DNA of 64,000 nucleotides, from positions 1,116,001 to 1,180,000 of the forward strand of contig NW_025964057.1 of the NCBI RefSeq assembly GCF_023055435.1, given 5' to 3'. Made by a program: the position numbers and the translations under genes. Positions 38,151 through 49,371 of this stretch are shown piece by piece (position 1 is the stretch's first letter; every line of letters begins with the position of its first letter). Under the pieces are notes generated by a model. It did no database searches and was not told the origin of the DNA. It worked only from the letters and a program-made list of their open reading frames with translations. Source of the DNA: Haliotis rufescens. Lineage: Eukaryota.

Positions 38151-39122
38151 ATGTCGGTACTGACGGAGAAAGAGTTTACCGAAGCCCTGCCAAATAGCTT
38201 AGATTTATTCGAACTGCCACCCTATCAAACCAGCATCCTTCAACATTACTACGAGAACGTAAGGCCCCTGTCCGTCATCACCGATTCCAGTCCGGTGGAA
38301 TTTCACATACCCAATGGAGGGAAAGACTACATCGACTTGAGCAAGACCCGACTTCACGTCAAACTCAAAGTCACTCACACCGACAAAACACCCTTAGCCG
38401 ATAAAGAAAAAGTAGGGCCCGTCAACCTCACTTTGCACAGCTTGTGGAATCAGGTGAGCGTGTTCCTACAGGGACAACAAGTGAGCTCCAGCAATGCCTG
38501 TTACCCTTACAAAGCTCTCATGGAAACCGTCCTCGACTACGGCGCCGATACCAAGACCAGTCAGCTGTATTACAAAGATTCTAGTGTCACCGTGGGTGAT
38601 TTTAACTCCGCTGATCCCTATGCCGGTAGCATTGACGTTCTCATCAATCGAGGAGGCTTCATCGCCGGAAGCAAGTCGCTCACCCTAACGGGACCCCTCA
38701 TGGAAGACGTGTTCGGTTTCGACCGTCATCTGGTGAACGGCGTGGACGTGGGGCTCAAACTGTTTCGCTCCAACACGACCTTTGTCTTGATGTCTGACGA
38801 GACCGATAAACATTACACCGTCGAACTACAAGACGTGTACCTGAAAGTATGCAAACTGAGGATCAACGACGCTCTCATCGTGGCCCACAACAAACAGTTC
38901 GAAAAAGCCAACGCCCTGTACCCGTACGAACGATCCATGATCAAAATGGCCTCGGTCGCCTCGTCCAGTCTGAGTTTTAACTGGGACGCCATGTTTCAGG
39001 ACGAAGTCCCCAGTCGACTCGTGGTCGCCTTGGTGAGGTCCGATGGGGTGAACGGATCGTACACGGTCAATCCGTTCTGTTTCCAAGGCGACATCGTTAA
39101 AAGCATGGGACTGTACATTTGA
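38151..39122 (+). pseudogene. Major capsid protein (double jelly roll), copy 1, 3'-truncated by the duplication junction
   Basis: SLDLFELPPYQTSI...PVEFHI...DYIDLSKTRL...VGPVNLTLHSLW...YPYKA, the Polinton MCP pattern. Confidence 0.9.
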
Positions 39123-39451
39123 AACTGGAGGGCATGTGGATGGTGGCTCTGTTAGAAATAAAACTAGGACGAGTCGAGTTGAAAGATATCAATAATACCA
39201 CCATTGACGTGTTGTGTAATCTGTGCGACAGTTCACACGTGGGTGAAAATTATCTACCTTTATTGAGACGACTCGATCTGAGAGACGGACCCAATTATTA
39301 TTTTCACCAGCCATGGTACTTACCCGTTATCGTGAGAGACACGTCAGAAATCGAAGTGTACATAAAGTGTGCAGAAGGAACATCGCATTCATTTCTGAAA
39401 GAGACCGTGAACGTATCACTCGTGTTGCGACGGTATCCCTTTCTGACTTAA
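39115..39451 (+). pseudogene. 5'-truncated duplicate of the penton gene
   Basis: Protein identical to the C-terminal ~110 aa of 37358-37783; lacks the start. Confidence 0.85.
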
Positions 39452-39456
39452 GCACG

Positions 39457-39816
39457 ATGGAACGGAAACTGTACATTCCCGACACTAAGAAGTTTGTGGA
39501 CTTTTTAGTAGATCGCAGAAGTAAGCATGAGGGAAAACAGCTGATCAAAGGTCGACCCAGGTCGCGAATCATTCCCATCGCACCCCGAGCCAAAGTATCA
39601 CCCAGCCGCGACTCTAAATTGAACGTAACAATGACGTCACCCAATCAGAACGTGGTCCAGAGAGCCGTGGCGGCTCAGAAACGAACTAAGGCTATAAAAC
39701 GCAAAGCAGGAGACAAGATTGTCACATCGAAGAAAGTACGTAACAGCTCTAAACGATCCTTCATCGAGTTTAAAGATACCCCCGCTATCGACCCCAGAGA
39801 CATCTTCAACCAGTAA
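39457..39816 (+). CDS. Duplicate of the small basic protein
   Basis: Same translation as 37789-38148. Confidence 0.6.
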   Translation: MERKLYIPDTKKFVDFLVDRRSKHEGKQLIKGRPRSRIIPIAPRAKVSPSRDSKLNVTMTSPNQNVVQRAVAAQKRTKAIKRKAGDKIVTSKKVRNSSKRSFIEFKDTPAIDPRDIFNQ

Positions 39817-39818
39817 CC

Positions 39819-41117
39819 ATGTCGGTACTGATGGAGAAAGAGTTTACCGAAGCCCTGCCAAATAGCTTAGATTTATTCGAACTGCCACCCTATCAAACCA
39901 GCATCCTTCAACATTACTACGAGAACGTAAGGCCCCTGTCCGTCATCACCGATTCCAGTCCGGTGGAATTTCACATACCCAATGGAGGGAAAGACTACAT
40001 CGACTTGAGCAAGACCCGACTTCACGTCAAACTCAAAGTCACTCACACCGACAAAACACCCTTAGCCGATAAAGAAAAAGTAGGGCCCGTCAACCTCACT
40101 TTGCACAGCTTGTGGAATCAGGTGAGCGTGTTCCTACAGGGACAACAAGTGAGCTCCAGCAATGCCTGTTACCCTTACAAAGCTCTCATGGAAACCGTCC
40201 TCGACTACGGCGCCGATACCAAGACCAGTCAGCTGACCAGTCAGCTGTATTACAAAGATTCGGGTGTTTCCGTGGGTGATTTTAACTCCGCTGATCCCTA
40301 TGCCGGTAGCAATGACGTTCTCATCAATCGAGGAAGCTTCATCGCCGGAAGCAAGTCGCTCACCCTAACGGGACCCCTCATGGATGACGTGTTCGGTTTC
40401 GACCGTCATCTGGTGAACGGCGTGGACGTGGGGCTCAAACTGTTTCGCTCCAACACGACCTTTGTCTTGATGTCCGACGAGACCGATAAACATTACACCG
40501 TCGAACTACAAGACGTGTACCTGAAAGTATGCAAACTGAGGATCAACGACGCTCTCATCGTGGCCCACAACAAACAGTTCGAAAAAGCCAACGCCCTGTA
40601 CCCGTACGAACGATCCATGATCAAAATGGCCACGGTCGCCTCGTCCAGTCTGAGTTTTAACTGGGACGCCATGTTTCAGGACGAAGTCCCAAGTCGACTC
40701 GTGGTCGCCTTGGTGAGGTCCGATGGGGTGAACGGATCGTACACGGTCAATCCGTTCTGTTTCCAAGGCGACATCGTTAAAAGCATGGGACTGTACTGGA
40801 ACGGTACCAGTGTACCTGGACGACCGTTAGAGTCGGATGACATCGAGGCTTATGCCGGTCTGTACGACTGGAATAACGAATGGCGCAAAGACAAAGGTTT
40901 GAACTTGGACCGCACGGAATTTTCCGTAGGTCATGCCTTGTACGTGTTTAACCTGCAAGACATCCAAGGCGACAGAGGGGAATAACTGAATCTGGTGAAG
41001 TCAGGTAATCTACGACTAGAAGTCCAGTTTGCTCAAGCCCTCGCCCATGCCTTCGCCCTGGCCAAGTTTCCGGCCCTCATCGAAATCGACCAAAGCTGTA
41101 ACGTGTTTCTAAAGTAG
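39819..41117 (+). pseudogene. Major capsid protein copy 2, full length, premature TAA at 40983-40985
   Basis: The frame continues past the stop as LNLVKSGNLRLEVQFAQAL...IEIDQSCNVFLK*, a typical MCP C-terminus. Confidence 0.9.
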
Positions 41118-41120
41118 ACA

Positions 41121-41615
41121 ATGTACAAACGACAGTTACAGTGTGCCATCCGTAGCGACCCCAGCCTCCGTACACACGTGGTGGGTGTGTACGCGAGAGA
41201 TACATTAGCTAACATCACCGTACCTTCCAGTGGAAAACCATGGGGATGTGTGGCTAACACGGACCTAGCACGGGGCGAGGGTCAACATTAGGTTGCCTTT
41301 TACTTTGACGGGTGTGGAGTCGGCGAGTTTTTTGATAGTTATGGACAGAAACCCATTTATTATCATCGTGAATTTGAATATTTTATCAGGAAACATTCTC
41401 GCAGTTATCGATGTAACACGTCTGTTTTACAGCAATCTAGTTCGAGTGCTTGTGGATTCTATTGTTTATATTACGCGTTACAGAAATGTAGAAATAGTGC
41501 TAGTTTACGAGATATCGTACAGATGTTTTGTACAGACAAAACACGCAATGATGCCTATGTGATTCGCTTTATCTGTGACTATTTCAAGTACTGTTTCACG
41601 TGTTCTACGATATAA
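41121..41615 (+). pseudogene. Adenain-like (Ulp1/C5) cysteine maturation protease, premature TAG at 41289-41291
   Basis: Absent from the ORF track. Reads GVYARD...ANTD...GQH*VAF...EFFDSYG...LQQSSSSACGFYC, giving the H, D, Q and C catalytic set. Confidence 0.9.
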
Positions 41616-41812
41616 CACGATCTTTCCTCCTGTAGAGTGGTAGACGAGTCAATAAAAACAGAGAAAATGTCTATTGTGTTTCAGTTCTATATATGACATG
41701 GATGTATGTATATGGTTCTATGTAAGTTGGGTTATACGGTTTTTATGATTATTTAAGATCAAAGTCTCACGAGTACGGTTCATTGTCGAGTGTGACACCG
41801 TACGATTCAGAC

Positions 41813-42220
41813 ATGGCGAGATACGTCCTGCGACGATATACGTTTTTCAGACAACTTCTTTCGTCGAACGATTACCAAGAAACCTTGCGCGATATTCGCA
41901 GCATGAACGGCGAGCAAATCAAGGGTACTAAAGCCATCGTAAAGCGATTGCTCGATGCTCGCATCCCGGTAACATGCGGTGAGAATCGTCGTTTCTTACA
42001 GCCTCACCCCGACAACCATTATTTGAGAATGTTGCGACGTATGGCTCGTCCCGACACGACGAATAGAAGCATTAAGTGAACCCTGTTAAACCATACTCCC
42101 TTGATTCAGTTTATATTCGAGTACGAACACGTCAGACAGGTCAGAGACGAAGCCCAAAGAGCTCTCCAAAGAGAGCTAGACATCAACAACGGACACTCGT
42201 ACCGAGGGCTGCATAAATAA
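41813..42220 (+). pseudogene. Polinton hypothetical basic helical protein (in-frame TGA at 42077-42079)
   Basis: Frame open on both sides of a single stop; resembles the 43180-43380 segment; TATA/Inr upstream. Confidence 0.55.
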
Positions 42221-42270
42221 GCCCGCACCGGCGACAGAATGTATCAGTTCGCATAGATACTCCGTGAAAT

Positions 42271-42924
42271 ATGTCCGAGAAATGTTTGCTCCCTTTCGTC
42301 ACACCTTCCACCTTGTCCGTGATCGAGGGCACGTGTAGCGGCAAGACCTATTGGACGAAACGCCTGTTAGAAAATGCAAGTACAGTGTTTGATAAGCCAC
42401 CCGACCTCATCGTGTACTGTTACGGGGTGTGGCAGGATCTGTATGCCGACGTGCAGCAATCTATTGCTAACATTCAGTTTCACGAATCTTTGCCCAGCGA
42501 AAGCCAACTACGTCTGTGGTCCGTTCAGTCGAGCAAAAGCATGATTCTCATGTTAGACCATCTCATGATGGACATATGTACCAGTAAACTCATGTTAAAC
42601 GTGTACACCACCTTGTCGCATCATCTGGGTATTACCGTAATCAATCTGCTACAGTCCGTCTACCCTAAAGGTCCCTGTTCACGTACGGTGAGCGTGAATA
42701 CGCATATATTCGTCTTGATGAGCAATCCCCGTTCCTCTCACGAATACAAGATTTTGGCCTCGTAAACATTTCCAGGTCAAAGCAAGTATTTTTCGGAATC
42801 TTACAAGGATGCCGTGGAAGGGAGGAAATACGTGGACGCCTCACTGTACAGTGACCCGGAATACGGACGCTTACGCACAGGCATCTCACCCGGCGAACTT
42901 TGCACCCTCTATTTTCCCAAATAA
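42271..42924 (+). pseudogene. A32/FtsK-HerA family genome-packaging ATPase, premature TAA at 42763-42765
   Basis: Walker A-like VIEGTCSGKT, degenerate Walker B ILMLDHLM, SHHLGI, SRTVSVN, and C-terminal RLRTGI after the stop. Confidence 0.9.
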
Positions 42925-42972
42925 AAAGCGATAAACACGCTTTAATCGAGTCAGTCTTACAGCAGCCGCGCT

Positions 42973-43584
42973 ATGAGCAAGGTCTACTTTTGGACGATCG
43001 TGTGTAACCCGCCACCCTCTACCTTGTCCGTAAGAGCTACACCGCACCAGACCGAAGAGATCACCTTAAAAGAGAGCCCTACGTGGTTTTCATCGAAGGA
43101 AGCGTGCATCACATCTCTTAAAGAAGCTTCGCGGATTGGAGTGGACCAACCCGATTCATACGGTCGGTCTAAGCCTGTACAGCGTAAAACATTACTGTCT
43201 CATCTGTCAAAAAACCAGTTTAAGGCAATTATCACGCTGTTACATAACATTATCATCGGACACATTACCGTGACGGATCGCGAGAAAAAGACCTTGTACC
43301 GGTACAGAAAGATGATTCGGTTACTAGCCAGCAAACGGGAAGGATACAGAGCTAAAAGGGAGTTGCTGGTTTCTTTTAACTTTATATTACCACCTTGTGT
43401 GAGAGCGCTCGACAGGTATTTCCCACCTAAACATGACGAAACCCATGATCCTGTTATCTCGCGAGACGTACCATCGCCTGATCCAACCTCCTCCGAAGAT
43501 GGAAGCCAACCCCCCTCCAGCCCTGAAACCCCCACCAGCCCCTATGCCACAACAGCAGCAGACTCCAGACAACACTACAACTGA
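42973..43584 (+). CDS. Polinton hypothetical ORF, probably a deletion-fusion of two genes
   Basis: The N-terminus resembles ORF 35498; the middle resembles ORF 41813. Confidence 0.5.
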   Translation: MSKVYFWTIVCNPPPSTLSVRATPHQTEEITLKESPTWFSSKEACITSLKEASRIGVDQPDSYGRSKPVQRKTLLSHLSKNQFKAIITLLHNIIIGHITVTDREKKTLYRYRKMIRLLASKREGYRAKRELLVSFNFILPPCVRALDRYFPPKHDETHDPVISRDVPSPDPTSSEDGSQPPSSPETPTSPYATTAADSRQHYN

Positions 43585-44073
43585 GCGGGACACGACCATC
43601 CACGATAACATCGCCTCACATATCCCACAAACAACAGGAGGAGGGAATGCAACAGTAGCGAACCCACCCCTATACTGTCAAGATGTTTTATATCTACTGT
43701 TACAACGCGTCCACTCGAACGACCAAATGGGAAAGTTAGTGTCGCTATGGCAATATCTCAACCAACAAAAAGAGCTCGGCCGCATAAACTGGAATGCTAA
43801 CCTCGAATGGTTGGATAAACAGGACACCCTATAAAGCATTCTAATGTGATTGACTGTATTCGACAGTTTGTGTTACACAGTAACGATATAAAAGATGTTG
43901 GATTTCAAGCATTTACCCGTCAACTGAAACATCTACCCAACTCACAACCCTTTTTCTCTCAGGTGGGAAAAGGCAAGAGAAAACGAACTCAACCCATGTT
44001 CGTGCGTGGCAAAGTGAGGGACGGTGTTCCCGGTGCGAAGAAGAAATTCAAACCATTAGAAACTGTAAAATAG
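43433..44073 (+). pseudogene. Polinton hypothetical protein (Pro-rich linker, INWN...SNVID motif), frameshifted ~43835
   Basis: Track ORFs 43433-43834 and 43846-44073; basic C-terminus. Confidence 0.5.
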
Positions 44074-44769
44074 TATGGAATCTCTCTTGTTGTTAGTTTT
44101 AAACGTGAATTGATAGAAAGTTTGTCTCATGTTGCCACTGGAAACTGTGTATTAAAATGACTATACTGTCTTATGTATCGCCATAACGAGCTGTTAGTAA
44201 TAAACACTGAATCGATAGAATGGAAGTCTTGTGTTGTTTGTGTGAATGTTATGCGGTATATAGAATCGCAGTACGCTCTTAAAGGGCCTGTCCCCTTTGC
44301 GCCTACAATTAGCACCCTACCCACACGCCAATTCGCTAACAATAAACATAATAGCGCATAGCATCGCCCTCTGAGACTAGGGTGTGTCGAATGACTCCCA
44401 TGAAACTAACTTTGTCTCTTTTGCTTCCAGCAAAGGAAACCAGTTTTATTTTCTCACGCGTGTCGTCAACCGCAAAGGAAACCAGTCTTATTTTCTCACT
44501 TAACAGCATTAACACTTATTTTCTGATAAGTTTGCACTATGTAGTGAACTTATAGAAGGCAGTACATTCTGTTCCGAGTGGGTTCCGGACTCGTATGTGA
44601 ATGGATGTATTATTTCATACACGACTTCTAGAAAGTAGACCTACATGGTATAAGACAAAACAAGACAACCAACACTCTTTCCAAAATAACATAGATTTAT
44701 TTATGTAAATACATTTGAGAAACCAAAATACTTTTGAAAGAAATACTTATGTTTATCACAATATGCTTC

Positions 44770-44808
44770 TAATAATAATAAATAAATAAATAAATAAATA
44801 AATATAAT
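44770..44808. terminator. A/T-rich (AAT)n(AAAT)n tract between convergent Polinton transcription units, candidate poly(A) region
   Basis: Repeated AATAAA just beyond the polB stop, where + and - gene blocks converge. Confidence 0.35.
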
Positions 44809-44858
44809 ATGTACACTACTGGAGTTGAGGGAACGCGCTTGGGACTTATTTTGTTTGT

Positions 44859-47800
44859 TTAATTTTCTGCTAAATTTTCTAAAAGTTCGGCCAAAAAGGT
44901 GTCGGTGTCATCCAACCTGTCATCACGGGAAGGCCAAGGACAAAGCTCTAGGACCAGAGGGGCTGTGTGAATGCCATCGGCTAGCACTCGACGCTTGCAA
45001 TACAGATAGCTCAACCCCTGGCGTGTCTGTTGATAGGAACACATGGTATTCCCCTTGAGTCGGAAACCTCTGTTCAACCCCTCGCCGGGTACTCGCGTAC
45101 GTAAAACATCTCTAAACGCTCTTAGTGGTGTTTTCAGTGTGCGTTTCGAGATGCCTTTACAGGAGAATTTTACCCGGCGTTCGAAATGACCGACGACAGG
45201 GGTGCTTGAACGGAGGCGTCGGGCCTTGTTATTGTTGGGCTTGTTGCGACCGAGCCGGCGGCGAGCACGGCGTAGTAAACGTTGTGCTGTACGTACGCTC
45301 GAACTCGGCGTTGGCTTTGGAGTTCGCTGGAGACTGGACTGTGAGACTAAGTATGTTTTACTACATAGTCCGATCATCTCGTCTCCTTCGTAATCGAGTT
45401 TGAATAAACCCGGAGTACGTTTGTCGTGAAGGGCGTGGACGGAACAGCAACTGCGTGGAAACCAACGTGTGATGTGGCTGTCGTCCGGGTTATGGTCACC
45501 ACAGAGCCCCTTCAACTGGCACTGGTACGCCGACTGTTTGGTTGGTTTAATGACGTCGGACAGACATTTCGCGATCAAGGCCATGTAAGCGCTGTCCGTG
45601 TCCATCTCCATGTATTCAAAATCGCTACAATCCACGTACACGTCCATGAAATCGTAGTAAAATTGAAGCATGCGCAGTTTGGCGTACTGCAGGATGAAAT
45701 ACCCCAGCTGCACGGGAGTATAGAGGCGTATGACTTTCTTGGCTTTCTCCACCTCGAAATAACCCCCGCCCAGTTCCGTCAATTTCCTGAATTGAGGGAA
45801 ATTGACTTGTGTGCTAGCCGCCGTTTGACCACACACGTACGAGACGGTCTGATGTTTTTCTTTATTGATCAAAACAGAACCGTACGCGGAGTTGCCCGTA
45901 AGTTTAGCCGTATCCCCGCGAATGGCTGCTGAGGGATCTCGGTCGGCTTCTCGTCTGGCCGAGCACACGTCCCGAACGAACTGCTGAAAACACGCGTTCG
46001 GGGTGTACTCGACGACTTGGTACACGCGATCGACCACCATGCCGTGCTGTAAATACCATTGCAACAGAGGGGTGGCGATCAAGATTTTTCGCGCCTTTAA
46101 CCCGCCAACGAGCATACGGCGCGGTTTTGTACTCAAGTCGTTCTCCCTGATGTACCCCTGCATGTGTTCCCCGATAATCTCGAACGGAACTTCTGCATTG
46201 CAAAACAAGGGAGTCATCTCTTGAAAGTACTCCCTCGGGGAGAGACGAGTGCCGTGAGGGTTCTGTCCAGGCATCCAGTGGTCGGGGACGCGAATGTCCA
46301 CTTCCACCATGCCGAAAAGTTCCCCCTTTTCCACAGCGTTCAACATGTCCCGTTGCGAGACCTTCTTCCACGCCTTCTTTTGAGTGAAAGGTGGTTGACG
46401 ATCTCGAATAAAGGACGAGAGCTGGGAATTAGTTTTGCACTCGGCGCGAAAGTTACATTCCCACATTTCCACGACCGTGTAACCCAGATCACGGATGTAA
46501 GCAACGCGCGCTCTGGTTGCCTTTAGTTTTTGTTCTAATCGTTTTCTTGATTTTTCCTGAGCGCGCGCATTCGTCGTGAGGTGACAATGGTGGCCGTGGA
46601 AATAGCATCCATGAAACTCGAATACGGTCATGGAGCCGGCAATGAACCCATCCACCAAGTACGGCCCGACTCGTTTTTCCCGCCCCCAGTTTAACTTGTG
46701 CCGAATGTTCCGCCCTTCCTGCTCCCTCAACCAATCCATCCAATCGTACATGCACGCGTACCTGTCCCTGCGTTCCGGCTTGAATCGATTCTCGGCTCTC
46801 CTACGCACGAAAGGACCGGTGGGCATGGGCTGATCTATAGCCCATAAGTATAACGCGTTCGCGTCATCCCCAACCACCCTTTTACACCGTTTTTCGGGAT
46901 GGCCTCTAATCAACGTTTGATCGGCTTTGTGGTACCTCGTGAATATGATAGAATGACCGCCGACCACGTTACCATTCACGGTGTGATAGAGGTCTTCGTT
47001 GCGTTTATCGAACAGTGCAAAGGAGACCCCTAACTTTCGACTCTCCCGGAATAGTTTCTGACGGGCCACACCGGGTACCGACATAGTGGTTTTAAAGAGG
47101 TCGATGCCATCCTGGAAATAAAACCGCTGCATGGCTTGTACGGCTTCCACAAAGGGACCCACGTCCAGATTGTTATACCACTCGAGGAAATCTCGAAACG
47201 TGGACATGCCTTGCCGTCTCCAAACTTCCTCGAGCTCGGCATAATTCTCCTCGATCGATTTCACACCATCATCGAGGACGGACTTCTGTTTGAGACTGGA
47301 ATACCATGCCTTACCCCGAGGGGGGAGCCGAGTTTCGTTTAGCCTATCCGGAGTGTCGAGATACTCGTACGGGAAAAATCCCTTTTTCTCTTGCACTCCG
47401 AATGCTTTCAGAAACTGAGCATAACTCGTTCCGGGAGAGAGATATTGCGTGACGTCAAGAAATTTGAAACTTTGATTACTTTGACACAAGTAAGCATTGT
47501 TTTTCTTGACGGTGAAAGCCTGAGATTCGACGTCGTCGAGAGAGAGATGTTTGGGGAGTTTTTCCTTAATGATATTCAGATCGTAACGAGCTGAATTAAA
47601 TCCGAGGACGGGGACTTGAGAACAGTACCCCAATAGCTTCCCGCAGAGATCGCTCACGTGCTTTCCCCACTTAGCCACGGGTGTAGAGTGTGCGCGAGTA
47701 GGCTTGCCTTTGGCGGGGTGGTTGTCACCCTCCCTGACGTTGACATCATAATCATCATCATCATCATCGTCATCGTCGTCGTCAACAGTCGCCCGGTCCT

Positions 47801-49036
47801 CGTCAGACAAATAATTGCATCCACTCGCGCAAGTGTTCTAACACCTCTTTATATTTTTCTTTGGCTAGCTTCGTTACGGCTTCTCCTATTTCCGTCATGT
47901 ATGCCAACATGGCAGCAATCAATCGATCCGGATCGGAATCGACGATGCAGTGCTGCGAAGTAAACCCTTCCACATTGGAACACACGCTGACCGAGATAGG
48001 GTGGTGTTCTTGCGTCCATCTCAGTTTCTGGGTTCCGGTATTCATCGGTTTCAAAAAACACTCAAAATCAAACACCACGAACCACGGACAATATCTGTCT
48101 CTAGGCTCGACGACGAAATCGAACTCTTCCAGCTCGTCAAACACGGTCTTTGGGGTGTGGTGGAAACCACCCGGGAACCGCAAAGTCGTTTGACCCGTGC
48201 AACGACGTTGGTGTATGTTGCAGTTGTTTTGGCGCTGGAAGAGACGTTCGCACGTGGGACACTGGTAGCGTTTACAATAGATGTTCATATTGGTAATGAG
48301 GGATAGGTGATTTTCGAATTGATTTAAGTACATGTGTTGCTGATACAACCCTCTAGATTTATACACTGGTTGAGCTATCCCCGTCACGTCTAGAGTGAAC
48401 ACGCCCACATTCACACGGAAACAGGCTTCAAAGTGACACAGGAAAGAAGGGGGGAGACCCGCGTACTCTTCGGGACGAACTTGATACAAAGATTGTAGAT
48501 GATGGTCCCAAGAGTAGGCGACCCACTGATAGTAAAGAGCTTTGGTGGGCTTTTCTAGTGATCGTCGAGCGGAAGGATCTCGATGCAGTGCCAAACACTG
48601 GAAAGCACAAAGGTGATCATCATAAAGTTTCTTAGTTATAATGCTATAATAGCTTTGTGGTGTTTCAGATAATCGGGGAGAGCAACAGGGGGATGGCCTA
48701 AAGGAAAATTCATTCTGTACGCATAAAACTGTACATTCGTGATTAAAACGGGTTTCCATTTGGTATCGGGGCGTTGTTTCATAAGAAAGGTCATTACATC
48801 TAAGCTTTCCAGTCTCTGACGCAACCGTTCGAGATCCCTCAGCTCGGTGATATAGAGAGGACTAGTAAAGAGCGGATCGACAGCGTAAGGATGGAAATAG
48901 CGATAGCGTCCCGTCTCCACGTGACGCAGGATGACACCGAACGCTAGATTGAACCTAAAACTATAACTTAACGATTGATAGATACCCCTAGCGCGTTCCA
49001 TCAACTCACCTATCGAAAAGTTGTTGCTGACGGGGA
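44859..49036 (-). pseudogene. polB: Protein-primed family B DNA polymerase, main body (TP-like region, OTU-like domain, 3'-5' exonuclease, VSR-like insert, polymerase), two frameshifts
   Basis: ExoI VFDFEC, ExoII GFNSARYD, ExoIII YNNLDV, KGFFPY, DANALY, KLTGNSAYG, MDTDS and KTY. Frameshifts at ~47805 and ~48640. Confidence 0.95.
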
Positions 49037-49289
49037 TATAACGACTTCGAAAAGTAGCTTGTATTGTTTCTTTAATCATCATAAACCCGTAGTACAAAAG
49101 GGGTAAAAAACCTGTACATGTCAGCACTTGAGTAATGGTGATAAGACCTTTGAGTAGGCGTAGAAACCACTAATTTGAAACACGTCCTTTTTCCGCAAGT
49201 TTGAAAAAAAAGGTAAGAAAAGATAACTCTTATTGACTTAGAAAGAAAGAGAAGCGTCCGTAAAATATTGCCTCGTAGGGGGCAAGACA
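49037..49289 (-). repeat. 3' LTR
   Basis: Direct repeat of 55510-55762 with about 5 differences by eye. Confidence 0.95.
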
Positions 49290-49371
49290 CTCCCCTTCTG
49301 ATTTCGCATGGAAATCACACACAATTGAAATGTCGCTGTAAATGTCACATATCTCGCAGACACAAGTGGAA

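Noticed and set aside
45125-48306. Many + strand ORFs within the polB region
   Set aside because: Antisense shadows of a GC-rich coding sequence, with no motifs.
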